From Raillietiella orientalis (taxonomy: Eukaryota), in contig JAYWIR010000003.1 in assembly GCA_036172245.1 (NCBI GenBank), positions 3,658,001-3,722,000 of the forward strand: a DNA stretch of 64,000 nucleotides, read 5' to 3'. Positions 1 to 12,700 of the stretch are shown piece after piece. The notes beneath the pieces were generated by a model. It was not told the origin of the DNA. It searched no databases and saw only the letters and a list, made by a program, of their open reading frames with translations. Position 1 is the first letter of the stretch. Each line of letters begins with the position of its first letter. The position numbers and the translations under genes were made by a program.

Positions 1-1160
1 TCCCTTCCGCCGGACGCAACACTGGGCCACTTGGAAACACAGCAACGGACCTCCTCCCGGCGAGAAGTGGGCGGAATCTGCCGTGTCGAGGACACCTGTC
101 CAGCCCCCTGACATCCCCTTTCTTTTCTTTCTCCCCTATTTTTTTTTTTCCTCACCTCTTCCCGAGGGACCGGAGCGCGTGGCACTGGGGTGCGGGAGGG
201 ATGCCGCCGACTCTCTGCGCGGCGCCCAGAGAGCTCGGGCTTCTGCGGCAACGGGGATCGCCCGGCCGTGGAAGAAAAAAAAAAGCAGCAGACTCTGCTA
301 GTGCGAGGAGGTCTGTGAGAAGAGACTGGTAGGGGGGGCAGACTCCGGAGGGTGGTGGAGCAAGGAGTCGTTTTCGGCGATCTGGAGCCGCTGGCTCCAC
401 GTCGCTGGAGTCTCAGCGGATCAGACCGCATCCGAGGAAGGAATGGGTCGAAGGAAAATCCTGAAAGGGTCATCCAGTCCCGCTGCTCCTCGTGAAATCA
501 GAGCGGCGCTTCCTTCCGGGAACATCAAGGCCATGCGGGAGCGATCTGCGGCACACGGGCGACCGACTCGGGTCGGTGCACAAAGAGCGGGTGCTCTGGG
601 GTTTTCGCGTGCAGAGCAGAAAGCACGACGGCCCGGAGCCTCTAGGCACCCAACGCTAGTGCTCGCATGCACCCGGGGGTTGCCAAGAGGCCCCACCTGG
701 TGAAGAGAAGTGAGGGATGAACGCTCCCCTTTCCCTCGGGGAAGTGAACTCTTCCGGAGAGTCTGCGGAAGAGTTCGCGGCGAGGGGATTCGACTGAAGG
801 TCCACAGGAAGTAGAGAGCGCAGAGAACACCACCCTTCCTCGATCCTGCCTCCTTTCATCCCTCCGGGATCCTCGCTCGCATCACTTTACGAACAGTGGC
901 CACCCCTTCGCATTCGGCGGTCCGCTTCTCGGACTCAGCCGCACCCGTGGAGCCCCCAAAACGTGGGAGAACCTCCCTCACTTTCCCTGCAGACCGCCGT
1001 TTTCATGTCCCTTGAGCGCCTTTCCCTCCCCACCCTCCCGGGTGAGACGTAAAAAGGTTCCTCCCTGAGGCGGCTGGACTCCGGGGCAGCAATGGCGCCG
1101 CACGTTCCACGCGTGCGTGCTAAGACTGGGGCGGAGAGAAGGGTGTGCCTTGCGCCGTAC

Positions 1161-1353
1161 TTGTACACCGCCGCGCCGGCGGCGAGCTGTGCCACGATCA
1201 TGGCGACGGCCCTGGCCGGCGACAGCCTTCCCTGCATCCAGCGCTCTACGTGCCAGTGGGGAGAGGCGGAGGCTCCCTTCCAGACGCGACTCCACCAGGA
1301 GGAGAGCAGGAAGACGTAGATGGAGTACACAGGCAGGCCGAACACCTGCGACA
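1161..1353 (-). CDS. AQP12L: Internal coding exon of an unorthodox aquaporin (AQP11/12-like)
   Basis: Translates (V)SQVFGLPVYSIYVFLLSSWWSRVWKGASASPHWHVERWMQGRLSPARAVAMIVAQLAAGAAVYK, resembling the insect Aqp12-like pattern as I recall it (VADNFG..Y..FLF.LTIWW..VW.DASACPY.H.E). Pyrimidine-rich acceptor tcttgtgttcctttcag at 1370-1354 and donor gtacgg at 1160-1155. The 193-nt length fits phase 1 in and phase 2 out. Confidence 0.9.
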
Positions 1354-1854
1354 CTGAAAGGAACACAAGATGTAGGGACCTCCCTCCCGGAGGGAGAGCA
1401 CACCCCCACGAGGGGAGCGGGAAGGGCAGGGGATGATGGGAGAGGGTAACGCAGGCATCCCTCCCAGGCACCCCTGCCGCGTAGCGCGCACGAGAGATAG
1501 CAGAAGGGGGGAAGAAAGGGAGGGGATGTCCCTCGGTGGGATCGCCCCACCGATGGGTAGTCCCGCAGCTCCCAGGGGCATCCTTTCTGCGGGTCGCCGC
1601 CGGCAGTTCTCCGTCCTACCGTGACATCTGCGCCTCCCGAGATAACCGTCTTCTCCGAAGGATTCACTGCCCTCTCTCCTGGTTATGGAGGGTCAGAAGG
1701 AGATCGGTCGACTTTGCACGTCGGTGCGTAGAGTCACTGCCTCTTGCGCACAAGGACGAGTGCATTTGACCCGTGGGGGGTGGTGTGGGGGGAGCGAGAA
1801 ACCAAAGCATAAAAGGCACGTCCGAGGGTGGCATCCACGGTATGATTCGCAAAC

Positions 1855-3380
1855 GACATGCTAGATGGTGCTGGCGAAGCGCGCGCTCCTCTCGACGAAG
1901 CAGAAAGTAGGCGCACCGATCGAGACGATAGTCTCAGAGAATTCCTCGAAGCGAAGGTGGCTTTTTGGAAGGTGGAGAGGATAGGGCGTGAAGAAAGTGA
2001 GGGGTTGGAAGGGCGCGTGAAGGTCTCCACTGCAACGCTGGGTGCAGCGGCAGAACAGTTACCAGGACGATCCTTACTCCCGGCGGCGAGACGCACCTGC
2101 CGTCGGTCGTCCCAAGGAGGCATAAAAGGCTCAGGGAACCTTGTCTGGAACGGTAGAAGACCCGAGGCCAAGTTGAAGCACCTGTGTTGAAGCCCGAGGA
2201 CGGAGGGAGGCACTGACATGCGCGACGTTGCCACTGCCATGAAACTCCAGGACCTCAAACATCTGGTCCGAATCGTCCGCTCATGGGACGACCGGCCGTT
2301 CGCGTTCCACCGTGCCTTCGCAAGACTGGCGCACGGAACCGACGGCCTCATATACGCCATGGCACTCACCCCGGGCAACTGTATGAAAGTGAACCCAACA
2401 TAGACACGAATCCAACGTCTCCTGTGGACTTTGAAATTGAAAATCGTTCCAAGGCGTTCTGGGACAAAGATCTCACCAAGGCGATTCCGCTGTTTATCAG
2501 CGTCCCTTGGAAAACTGGAATATGGATCCAGAAGACTCGAAAGATGGCCATGCAGGCATGCGAGCGACTGTAGAGCAGCGTGGTTATCCACGCAAGACAA
2601 GTGCAAGAAGAGAATAGAGGGGAGAATAACCCATTGGACGCGTGAATTTTGGCAAGACCAAGGCACCCAGCGGTCCAGGATGAACCCTCCAAATAGACAA
2701 CCATGAGGATGCCGGGAGAAGTCGCTCCGTCCGAAGCAATGGGAAAGATGAGGGGCAGACTGGGCAACGTTGCTCTCAACCCACAGGCGATCGGGATGGT
2801 CCTGTGGAGATCCTCCTTGCCGCCCAGCATCCAGGATTGCCTCCTGATGTTCTACCACGGAGGAATCCTGTGCGGTACGAGACCCCAACACCGTACTGGG
2901 AACCCCGACTACGACCGGTGTCCAGCGTGTGGGTCGATCGAAGATGACCTGTACGAACCCTACCCCGGGATTGGAGAGTGGTGAAGCAAGCGGAACAGAT
3001 GGAGGACACGCGTCGACGCTTAAGATCCTGCGAGGACTCTTCGAAGACGAAGACGGCGTTCCCCACTACAACCTCACCGTGCGGGTGATCGTTGCCTTCT
3101 TCCCGAGGAGTATCCTCATTAGAAGAACAAAACTAACTCATGGAAACCTGTGCAATGCCCGGGACATCTTATCAAGACTCCTGAAAAGGGATATAAACAT
3201 CCGATCTTGCGTATGGAGCGCCAGACCGCGGGAAGAGTTCCATCTTGGACTCTCTTGCACTGCCTCAGAATCCTGAACTGTGCAGCCGAGACGGTGTAGT
3301 GTCGTAGCTGCGCGGGCCGCAATACTGATTCAGTGCTTTGTCTCTGTGTGTCTGTTGTGTGCATGATCGTGTGAATAAAT
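1855..3380 (+). mobile_element. Decayed Tx1/L1-like non-LTR retrotransposon 3' part (post-RT region plus zf-RVT) in the aquaporin intron
   Basis: Stop/frameshift-broken motifs in the expected order: GLEGRVKV, LVWNGRRPEAKLKHLC*SPRTEGG, LWRSSLPPSIQDCLLMFYHGGILCGTR...CPACGSIEDDL, then a GT-rich tail and AATAAA at 3374-3379. Confidence 0.7.
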
Positions 3381-3636
3381 CCACCCCACCGCAAGTCGGA
3401 CTGGGAAAAGTCGGAGGGGCCAAGGGAACAGGAAAGGGGAAGGCAGAGAGGCGCCGGGAAGCTGCGAGCGCCGGCGGCGGAACGGCGGGCCCACGAGGGA
3501 GCGACGAGAGGCACGAACGCGTGGGCGCAGGGGAGCAACAAGAGGGAGAGGCATCAAGATAGGGAGGAGATGGATCATTGAGGAAAAGGGGGACGCTGTC
3601 GGAGGAGGAAGCTGAGGAAGCCTCGGGGCAACTCAC

Positions 3637-3825
3637 CGACGATCAGCTCGTAGCAGCAAGCGCACAGCTCGAAGGTGGCGACGAACTCCAGCGCCATCTC
3701 CAAGAAGACGTCCGACCGGACCTTCGAGAGAACGGGAAGCAGCAGGCACCTCGTGACCTGGGCGCAGGCCGCAGTGAAGACCACGAAGAGAGTGGACACC
3801 AGCAGGCACCGGGTCTCTGGACTTC
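3637..3825 (-). CDS. AQP12L: N-terminal coding exon of the AQP11/12-like aquaporin; start codon presumably in an unlocated upstream exon
   Basis: Translates SPETRCLLVSTLFVVFTAACAQVTRCLLLPVLSKVRSDVFLEMALEFVATFELCACCYELIV; E.xAT.ELC.CC.EL is typical of AQP11/12. Acceptor tctttgcag and donor gtgagt (3636-3631). The phase-1 end joins the 1353 exon in frame. Confidence 0.9.
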
Positions 3826-4499
3826 CTGCAAAGACGTGTCCCAGTGTCTTTCCGCAAGTTCGTTCCTCCTCCCCCGTCCCGCCACGCCCCACCAGCACTT
3901 CCCCTCCAGGAAGAGAAAACCCCCGGGCATTCAACGGACCTCACGGCCTTTCCCCTTACTCCGAGTCAGCGGCGGGAGCAGCGAGGCGGTGCCTCGGGAA
4001 GATACGGCGCTTCCTTCCGGAGGAGGGAAGGCGAAGGCGGCGCTTCACCGGCGGTCGCCATGGTTCCCATCTTCGGAGACCCTCGACCTGCCTGGAGGGT
4101 AGACAGTGAACTCTCCTCTTCTGTGCGTTTCCGCATTTCCGGTCTGCCTCCCTAGGGGACCAACCTTGAGGGATAGGGGGGCTGCGGCAACTTCCTCCTC
4201 GCTCGCTTGTGTACGTCACGCAGTGGACGCTCCGGAGTACTTGCCGCGGGGTGGACGCCCACCCGAGAGCTCTAGGAACCCACCTCTGCCGAGATTATCC
4301 CCCCCCCTTTCCCCCTTCTTCAGGAGGGAAGGGTTTCTTTGGCTACAGTTCCCTGGGAGTATGCGATCTTGGGCAGAGCAGAGAGAACACCTGGCAGTAG
4401 GTGCGTGAGGACATAACAGGCGGACAGTGAAGGGTGGGGAGACAAGCCTTGGGGTCGGGGATCGTGTCTGGAGGAGGGGTGATCTGAGCAGGAAGGGCG

Positions 4500-5000
4500 G
4501 GGCTGCCGTGGAAAAGATTGGGGAGATTTGCTTCCCGATGGAGGAGGTCGCCGCGGCGGAAAAGGGGCGCATTCCTTCGTCCCCGTCTGATCTCCTTCGG
4601 GCAGTGTGACGCGAGGCGACCTCCTATGTGAGGCAGAGCCATCGGAAGGAGAGGTGGGGAGGCCCAGGCGATCACCGCGCGGAGGAACATCCAGGAGACA
4701 GCTCCCCTCTCTCCCTTCCCCATCCCCATTCACACTCAGCAGGCGAGCGCCGTGCAGGGGCGGGGTCACCGCGGCGTCGACGTCCTCGAGTCTGGGCTGG
4801 AAGATGCATCCTCTCTCCTCTCCGCATGGTGGAACCTCTGGCGTCAGCGGAGGCAGCATCCGCGGAGACAAAACCCCCCACGACCTCGATGACCACAACC
4901 ACGCGGACGACTGCTCCGGTTGGGAAGGTTGGGAAGGAAGGAGGAGAGAGGATTTTAACCTCCCTCCCTCGTAAGTCCAGGTAGTGAGGGCCACCGACGC
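4500..5000 (-). mobile_element. Decayed LINE ORF1 (zinc-knuckle) fragment
   Basis: GGRLASHCPKEIR...LFRRGDLLHREANLP resembles two degenerate CCHC knuckles. Boundaries approximate. Confidence 0.4.
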
Positions 5001-6483
5001 CTTCCTCCCTCCCCTCTCCCGGAGATCTCGAGTTCCGAGAAGCGCGATGGGGAGGGAAGACCCCGAAGGGGTGATGGATCCGCTGCGACCTCGTTGTTTC
5101 CAACTCGAACGACTCTCCCCGTGGGGAATTCGGAGGAGGGAAGGGAGACAATTTCCCCTCCCTGTCTAAAGGAGAGGCAGCCAAGTGACGATACCCCTTA
5201 CAGAGGAAGGTCACTAGGAACGGACTCCCCTAAGGTCAAGGATTCCCAGCCATATCGCGCGCAGCAAAGATCGTGTCGTCCTACCCCCTCCAAGGTCTTT
5301 TACGGAGTAGGATAAAGCTGTCGTAGGGCCTCCTCGGGACACTCTGCTTCCTCCCTTTCCTCTTCCTCCTACTGCCTCCTCCGTTCCATCCTCTCCACCG
5401 CTCACGGCAAGGACGCGACGGGACGGATGGGGGAGGGGTAGAAAGAAGGTGGAGGGGGAGAAGCACTAGGAGTGCGCGAGCAGCTGCTGCTGTCAAAAGA
5501 CGGCGGCTGACTCGTGGGTCACTGGGTAGCTTTGGACCGCAACCTGATTTTGGCGCAGCCTTGTTCTCAGGCCAGACCTACCCCACTGGAAAGTCCCCAG
5601 AGGGAGAAGAAGGTGAGTTGGGATCGCGGCTGAGGCTCGGAGCCGCGGGCAAACCAAGTTCTCTGGAGTACCGGGTGGTTTTAGGGGTGCTAACTGAGGC
5701 GCTGGCGGTGCGTAAAGGTTGCGAGTGCGTGAGGAATTCCTGCTCCAGAAACCCACCCATAAACCATCCGGCACCTTCGGGAACCCGCTTCACGGCCTCG
5801 TCCACAGGGACTGAAGCCGATTAGAAGACCCCAGGTTTCGCAAGGGAAGGCCGGGCGGGAAAGGAAAGGGGCAAGAGCAATGCGCCCCGTGTGAGGCAAG
5901 GAGAGACAGCCCTTCGTAGAGGAGGAAACTGATCACACCGGAAGAAGTTTCCGGATAAGAAAGCATTGGGGCAGCCAAGACAAGAGCGGGCAGGCCAGCT
6001 GTCTATCGGAAGACGGTAGGATTCACCTTGGAGATAAGGGAAGCAGCTTCCTTGACCATTCCCTCGGGGTTCTGGGTTGCCAAAAGATGACTTTCTTCCG
6101 GCAAGAGAAAGCGATCAGAGTAGCACAAGGATCTCTGAGCATTTTCGCGTGGTCACTGGATCCAGAAGTGGAAAGCGCGGCATCCGAAGGCATCAGGAGC
6201 CGTCCCTCAGGGAAAGGCGCAAAAGGTGGCAACCCCCCGCACAATCTAAGACCGGCGCTGACCTGGTCTTTCTAGAGAACATTAGCGCTCTTTTAAAGAC
6301 CGTCCTTCCCAGGCATTCCACTCAAACGATCGCCCTCCCACAAGTACAGTGATGAGATCCTTCTTTCCTCTTGAGATCCGGAATTCCAATTTATTTCTGG
6401 GAAGGGATCAGCTCCAGACAGACGCTTAAGGCAGGCGCAGACTGTGTACCCAGAGTTTTCGATCCAGAAAGATTCTGCGGAAG

Positions 6484-7920
6484 TTATCCTGAATCGGGAT
6501 GTTCCTCAAAATGAAACTGTGACCTCCTGAGTGACACTTCAAACCGCAGACTCTCCTCCAGACAAGAGCTCTCGGCTCTCCGAAATACGTTCCCCAGGAA
6601 ACGCAATTCCTCCACTGTCACATTCCTTTTAGAAACGTAGAAGTGCAGATGTTTGAGAGCCTGGACACCCGTCTCTTCCTTCATGCTTGTCCATTCGACA
6701 GGCATTCCCAACAATAGAATAGTAGCTGTATTCAACAATGGGAATCTTGAAAAACGCAAACAATTCAACAATATAAACTGTATCGTGGAAACGACCCAAC
6801 AATGTTACCCCAACGAAACAAGCTAAACAATGGCAACCAATGATCTATCCGTTCTGAACCCATTTGAGCACAGACGCTACGACAGAAAATAACTCGATTT
6901 TTCCGTTTCCTAGATTCTACAGCAGCTATACTCAATCTGAGGCCCGCCAAGCTTCAATGTGCGGCCCATATCATTCACAGCCATTAAGTGTTTTTTTAAA
7001 CTTCTGATAGTCTGGCAATAGTTTTTTATAAAAGGCAAATCATGAGCGGTTGGCACCCACACTCTCGTGGGTTGCCGTTTGTTTGTTTCGTGATTTCGTG
7101 CAATGACGTTGTTGCGTACAGTTTCGTTTCTAATAATTTTCAGTGTCAGTACGCGTCTGTGCTTGACTCACCATAATAAAAAAAGTATTTGTTTACATTC
7201 ATATTCTTCAGATTTTTCTGCATGAAATATATGAATCTAAAAAAATTCATATTCTGTTAAAATTTGTAGAATTAATTCAAATATACCGATGTATAGAAAG
7301 TTTCTACGTGATTATATTACAATGCATAAAGAACTATATACAGCCCACGTAATGTTGCCAACTTATGCATGTGGCCCGAGAAGAAAAAAGGTTGAGTATG
7401 ACTGTTCTAGAGGCTTCCAGTTCTTCACGTAAAACCTCACAGCGAGAGGGCTCACTCGCGCTGAACAGGGAGCCGAGCTTTAGCACCGCACGCACTTCAG
7501 AGTTTTCGCTTCTCTCCCTCTTGAATCCACTGATGACATTTCTTCGCAGAACAGGAACTTTGTTGAGGATGCCATCGCCTTCTAGATTCTTGTTGCCTAG
7601 CTTCATTTTGCACGAGGTGCAGAGATCGTGGGAGTTTCTTTCAGAGACTATCCGCGGATGCGCTCACGGGCATGGCTGCAATAGATTTTCGGAGCTAGCC
7701 AGCTCCCTCACCGAGCACTTTCGATTGCTCATGAGCATGTGTAGTAGGAGATATTGGGCCAGCTTTCATTTCATCATTTCCCTTCGCCTACACATATTTA
7801 GCCTCATCCTGGTAATCGCAGTAAAAACCTGGATGCATCAAAAACCGGAATGTCTAGAGGAGTTTCGTTCACACGAGCTCGTGAAAGACCGAAGAATTTC
7901 TCTGGTTGCTTCTACGGATC
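6484..7920 (-). pseudogene. Possible decayed protein-coding sequence of unknown family, interrupted by the MITE
   Basis: AT-richer island with protein-like reading (KLAQYLLLHMLMS..., EVRAVLKLGSLFS..., ALKHLHFYVSKRNVTVEELRFLGNVFRR) broken by several stops. No family recognised. Confidence 0.25.
6923..7404. mobile_element. Non-autonomous hAT (Charlie/Buster-type) MITE, 482 bp
   Basis: Imperfect 16-bp TIRs (cagctatactcaatct versus revcomp of the right end, cagtcatactcaacct), 8-bp TSD ttctacag (6915-6922) / ttctagag (7405-7412), subterminal ggccc motifs and an AT-rich interior. Confidence 0.85.
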
Positions 7921-9862
7921 CGTAAGAATGGAGATGATCAGGAGTAGAAGGGATCTACAAACGGAATCCAGATACATGACGAACGAAATGAACACTATTC
8001 CCGTGAACAGAAGGTGGAAGCAAGATCAGGTATCTGGGGTGGGGACTGGACGAGCAGCAGAAGCATGGATTGTACGCATACGGGTACCAAGATGTGAGAC
8101 GATATGGTGGAACCATGGGAAAAAATACAAATGTGTTGACAACTAAGCAAGACTGCTACACGACTCTTACCTCAATCACTATCACGACTGTCATGGTTCT
8201 CGCCTTTGCAAACCAATCTTTTGGGAATGTGCGAAAGTGTCAGAATGATGACGACAGAATGTTAGCTGAGTGCCGAAGACTGGAATTCTGATTCAAAGGA
8301 AACATCCTCATGAAAGATGGATTCAAGAAGGTTCAGATGCTCTTTCCAACCTTCCTACCTAGGAAGGAGCTTCTTCCTTGCGCAGTAATAGAATCACTAG
8401 CCCTTAAAAGGGTGATCTGTTCCAATGAGTATTTATCAATTAGAATGACTAACAGGGGGACAGACAAGACACGCATATTTTTTTTTCCTTGACAGAGAAA
8501 TGTCCTCTGTTCGGTGAACTTTTCAGAGGACTGAATTTCCCGAAAAGGAGCTTTTTGTATCGTTTCTGTGACAAAGCGATATGTGTCTGGATAAACGAAA
8601 CGATAAAAGAGATGGTAACTTATTATCTCTGACAGTCATAGATCAAAGCTAAAGGAACATCACTGGTATTAAGAGACAATGGACTGAAAAGATTAGATGC
8701 TTCTGCCCAATTATTTTCACAGTAGTTGCTAGCTAGATATTCTCAGGTTCGTAGTCATCGTCCTAAGAGTATTCCTCATTCCTACGTCATCTTCGGGCCA
8801 AACGCTTTCATGGTCTTCACGGTTAGGAATTTTCCATTTTCAAAAACAAATCTAGCACATGTCCGTATGCTGATGACCAGTTATGCTCGAGAAATAAAAA
8901 GCAGAAACGAGAGAAGATCCTATCTAGTGAGAAATTACTTGTCTCGTTTCTGTTTCTGCCTCGCACGTGGAATCTCAGGTTGTAGATAAGTTTCAAGAAA
9001 GAAACGAATTTCAGTTACAAATCCACGTCATTGTAAAAGTCAACCGTGTTTTTTCTGAGGGAACACCAAGTAATGGAGAAAATAACTGCAAATGCGAAAT
9101 GGTCCAGATGAAAATAAAAAGCACTTGTACGAAGGTGGAAGAGTTCTGAGTGTGCGTGTGTGGCTACCATGAAATCAAAGGGACAGGCACGGATGTAAAT
9201 ACAGCTGCAGCCAGAACATGATAGATTCCGCAGTCAATCCCACGGCAAGTGGCACAAAAAAACGCATGCTAAGCACTCCATCCCGAAGAACCACGAAAGG
9301 TTAACGTAAGTACTGGCACATGCCCACCGAATGGATGGCCGTCGTCGTTTGACAAAGTCGATTCATGAAGCCTGCTGTTAAGGACGGATAGGACGAAGAA
9401 CGGGTTGATTTACGTTCTGCAAGCTGCAAATTTCGAACGGCTTTCCCAGCTGCGCCGTTCTTAGGAGACCTCATTTTCAGCAAAGACCGAAAATTCGTTT
9501 CCATCATCGGTGATACGGAAAGCGCGGAAGGGGGGGGGGGGATCCTATTCGAGTTCGCTCGCCGTCGCCGTGGGTACGCCGGCAACAATGGGACCGAAAC
9601 GAATTCCAGAGTCCGCCGTAACCACGGCGACGATTGTTTTGCTCGTCCTTCCTCCCCTCCCCTCCCCCTCCCGACAGAGGGATGCAGAAATTCGTCTGGT
9701 CGAGAAAACTCATTTTATTGAAGAGGAAGCTGGCAAAACGAAAACAAAACCAAATGGAATGGGACAGTACAACATATGTGGGGTTCCTCCTCTTCCTCGG
9801 AGGAAGAGGAGGAGGAAGAGAGATTCGAACGAGTGCAGAAGGGAGGGTAAGGGGGGAGGAAG

Positions 9863-9866
<4 letters not shown>

Positions 9867-9957
<91 letters not shown>
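9867..9957. repeat. (AC)n microsatellite, about 45 units with one interruption
   Basis: Directly visible; G interruption at 9898. Confidence 0.99.
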
Positions 9958-9960
<3 letters not shown>

Positions 9961-11904
9961 GCATGCATGCACAAAAAAAAAAGGAAAAAAAAAGCGCAAG
10001 TTTGGAATCGATTGGTCGCGCGTACTCTTGAAATTGATGAGTTGAGATTTTTCCAAATCGAATTTCACCCTCGGTGTGCTCCAAACGCCAAGCCTGTCCC
10101 AACTTCCTCGCTGGAGAGAGGGCTGGAAATTTCTTCCTTGCTGTTGCGTTCGGCGCTATGGAGACGGGTGCGTACAGAATGCGTGTTCTGGTTGCTACTT
10201 TTTGCACAGAGCGGGCAGGAGCGGGGGCAGAGTTCCGGCGTGTCGTTTCCAACGGGCAGAGGGGGAGGAGAAGGAGGGATGCCGCTATCTTTCCTTTGTC
10301 TTGCGTGAGGATTCGGAAGAACAAAAGAAAGACTGCGAGAAAGACTGAAAGGAAAGACGATGATGAAACGACGGAGAACGGTCAAAAGGTACGAAAGCCA
10401 CGACAGGAGAGTCGAAAAGGTGCAAGGATAAAAAAGACACACGTGTGGAACACATACACGGGCGCAAAAAAAAAAAAAAAGAAAAGAAAAGAAATGAAAA
10501 GGAAGAAAGAAAAAAGAGAATTCGTTTCGAAGGGAGAAGCTGCAAAAATAACTCTTAACGACTAAACTTAAGCCGCGGGACGTGAGTCAGCGTATCCGCT
10601 AGGCGGCCTCCCGTGCCATTCGCGCGCGCATCCTCGACGCTTACGCTGTGGATTATTTGGCCGTTGTCTCCCGGAACCCGGCGCAAAAGCCGCTTGCGTT
10701 TCGCCCGCCCTTCCGATGCTTCCCCGGTCCTTGGGTTTCGCCGTCGTCGTCGTCCCTGGAAGATCATTATGACGTACGTTGCGGAAAATCTTCCTCGCGT
10801 AGCCTCGAGAGAAAAAAATAAAAAAAAGAAGAGGGAGGGAGAGGAGAGGGAGGAGGAGTAGGGACGCTGATCTCTAGCCTTGAACGTAACCTGGAAGACG
10901 GATCGCGACAAACGTCAGCGGAACGGGACTTTCGGGACCGCCGCTGCCTCCTCGCGAGCGTGCCAGGCTCGTTGATCCCCCCGAACTTGGCGTGCTGCCG
11001 GACCAATCGATCGCTGCTGGGTGATGAGCACATCGCTCGGCGTAGGGGGAGCACCCGTGGCTCACCGGACTCCCCGCTTTCTCTGCTCCCCTCGCGGAGC
11101 CTCCTCTTCCCACTGGGCCGCCGGAGGAGCGGACTGTAGGTCGGCGGGTTTCGATGTGACGTCAGCAACCGACCGATCTGCCTTCGCAGCGCGGCAGCTC
11201 CCCGGTATCAGGAAGCAGTGGATATCCCTCGGCTCTTCGTGCCAATCCCGGGAGCCACGCTCATCCTTGACGCGATGATCGATGGGCATCCCCGAATGGG
11301 TTCGTTCCCGAGCGGGGAGGAAGGGAGGGAGGAGGGGAACGCACCGCGTGTGCGGCCGGGCTGAAGCCTCAGAAAGCCACCGTTGCGAGGCAACGGCGGC
11401 TTTCCGAACACGCAAGAGCAACGCGCTGCAAAGCGTGCGGTGGGTTGCAGCCTCCCGTGGATGCTGCACGCGGGAGACGAGAGATGCATTAGGAGCACAG
11501 ATGAGATTCTCTCCGAAAAAGCAGCTGAGAGCGCTCGCAGAGAGCACCTAAAGCACCTTCAGCCGCCAGGGATGGAGCGACTGTTGGCTCTGGGAAGGAG
11601 CCTTCGCCCGAGACACCATCGCGGCAGAAGCGATTTCCAAGGCCACAGAGGGGCTGCTGGCGTCTCTTGCGAGCGGGCGAAGTGGCGGACTTCCCCCCCC
11701 CCCCTTCTCCTTGCCCTCCGCCTGCGCACCCACGCGCCATCAGGAGCGGGCAAGTGCCGGAGAGGAGGCGGAGAAAGTGCAGATGACGATCCGGTGCGAT
11801 TTTTCGGAAGCCCCCCTCCGACTGGGTCCAAGAGATTGCCATTTCCGCGACCCTTCCCGGAGCGAGCGCTCAACATAAATACCTGGACCCCAGGGTTGCC
11901 GGAA

Positions 11905-12700
11905 TGAGAGTCCCCCGCGTTACACCACCAGGCGTTGCGGGTTCGAATCCCCCCGGGAAAGGAAGGACCGACGCCGAGAAAGGGGAGGGTGAGTCGTCGA
12001 GGGTTTCGAGTTCCCCCCGCTAGATGACCCTGGTTCGCCTATTCAGGTGCGGCGGCGCCGGTGGAAGCCAAAAACCCCGGCCGCCCCCGTTGAGTGGCCG
12101 GGATTTGGAAGCTGATGTTCGGGGTCCTTCCAGGAATCCAGTAGCCCTTCGGGGCTCCTCCCCTCCGGATATGAAAATGGAGCCGTCCATCGAGTACGAC
12201 GAAGCTGGTTGATGCTCCCCTAGGGGAATGGCCTCTCCAGAGTGTGAAGGAGAGCGCTGATCCCTTCGGGGGCAACTCTCCAGAGAAATCGGGAAGTGTC
12301 CCTTCAGGGTTCTCTTCAGGGGAGTAACAAGGAGCGAGCCCCATGAAGGTTCCCTCCAGAGGCAACCAGGGTAGAGGGTTCTTTTCCGGGTCCCCTCCCA
12401 AGAGTAAGGGAGGAACGGACTCCTCCCTCCGGAGCCTTCCTGGATCCGTAGGGTGGGCTCTCTGGGATGTCCCACTAACTTGAAGAGTCACATGCACTTT
12501 CAAGCGGCGTGGACAGCGTTAAAGAGCTTCGTGAGCTCATCCTAAGGAGGCGGACGGTCCTTCAACACCTCCAGTTCTTTTTCGGTACTTAGTATAGTTC
12601 TTCGGTACTTTTAGTTCTCCTTCAGTTCTTCGGTACTTTCACATCCTCAGAAACAGTGGAAAAGAAACTGAAACCGAAGAACCCGAAAGGACTTTCCTCG
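11905..12700. repeat. Dispersed repeat copy A (tRNA-headed SINE-like element or LINE 5'/ORF1 relic)
   Basis: Colinear similarity with 15885-16680, including gggttcgaatcc, cgacgccgag, ccggtggaagcc, gaggaacggactc and gcgttaaagagcttcgtgagc. Confidence 0.75.
12573..12639. repeat. Short degenerate tandem repeat of agttcttcggtactt
   Basis: Three near-complete copies plus a partial one; absent from repeat copy B. Confidence 0.8.

Noticed and set aside
642..697. Possible next aquaporin exon after a minus-strand acceptor (KWGLLATPG...)
   Set aside because: It hits a stop after 18 codons and does not resemble the expected aquaporin continuation.
11900..11960. tRNA gene at ggttcgaatcc (also at 15920)
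   Set aside because: No clear A-box, D-arm or acceptor stem, and the T-stem pairs imperfectly.
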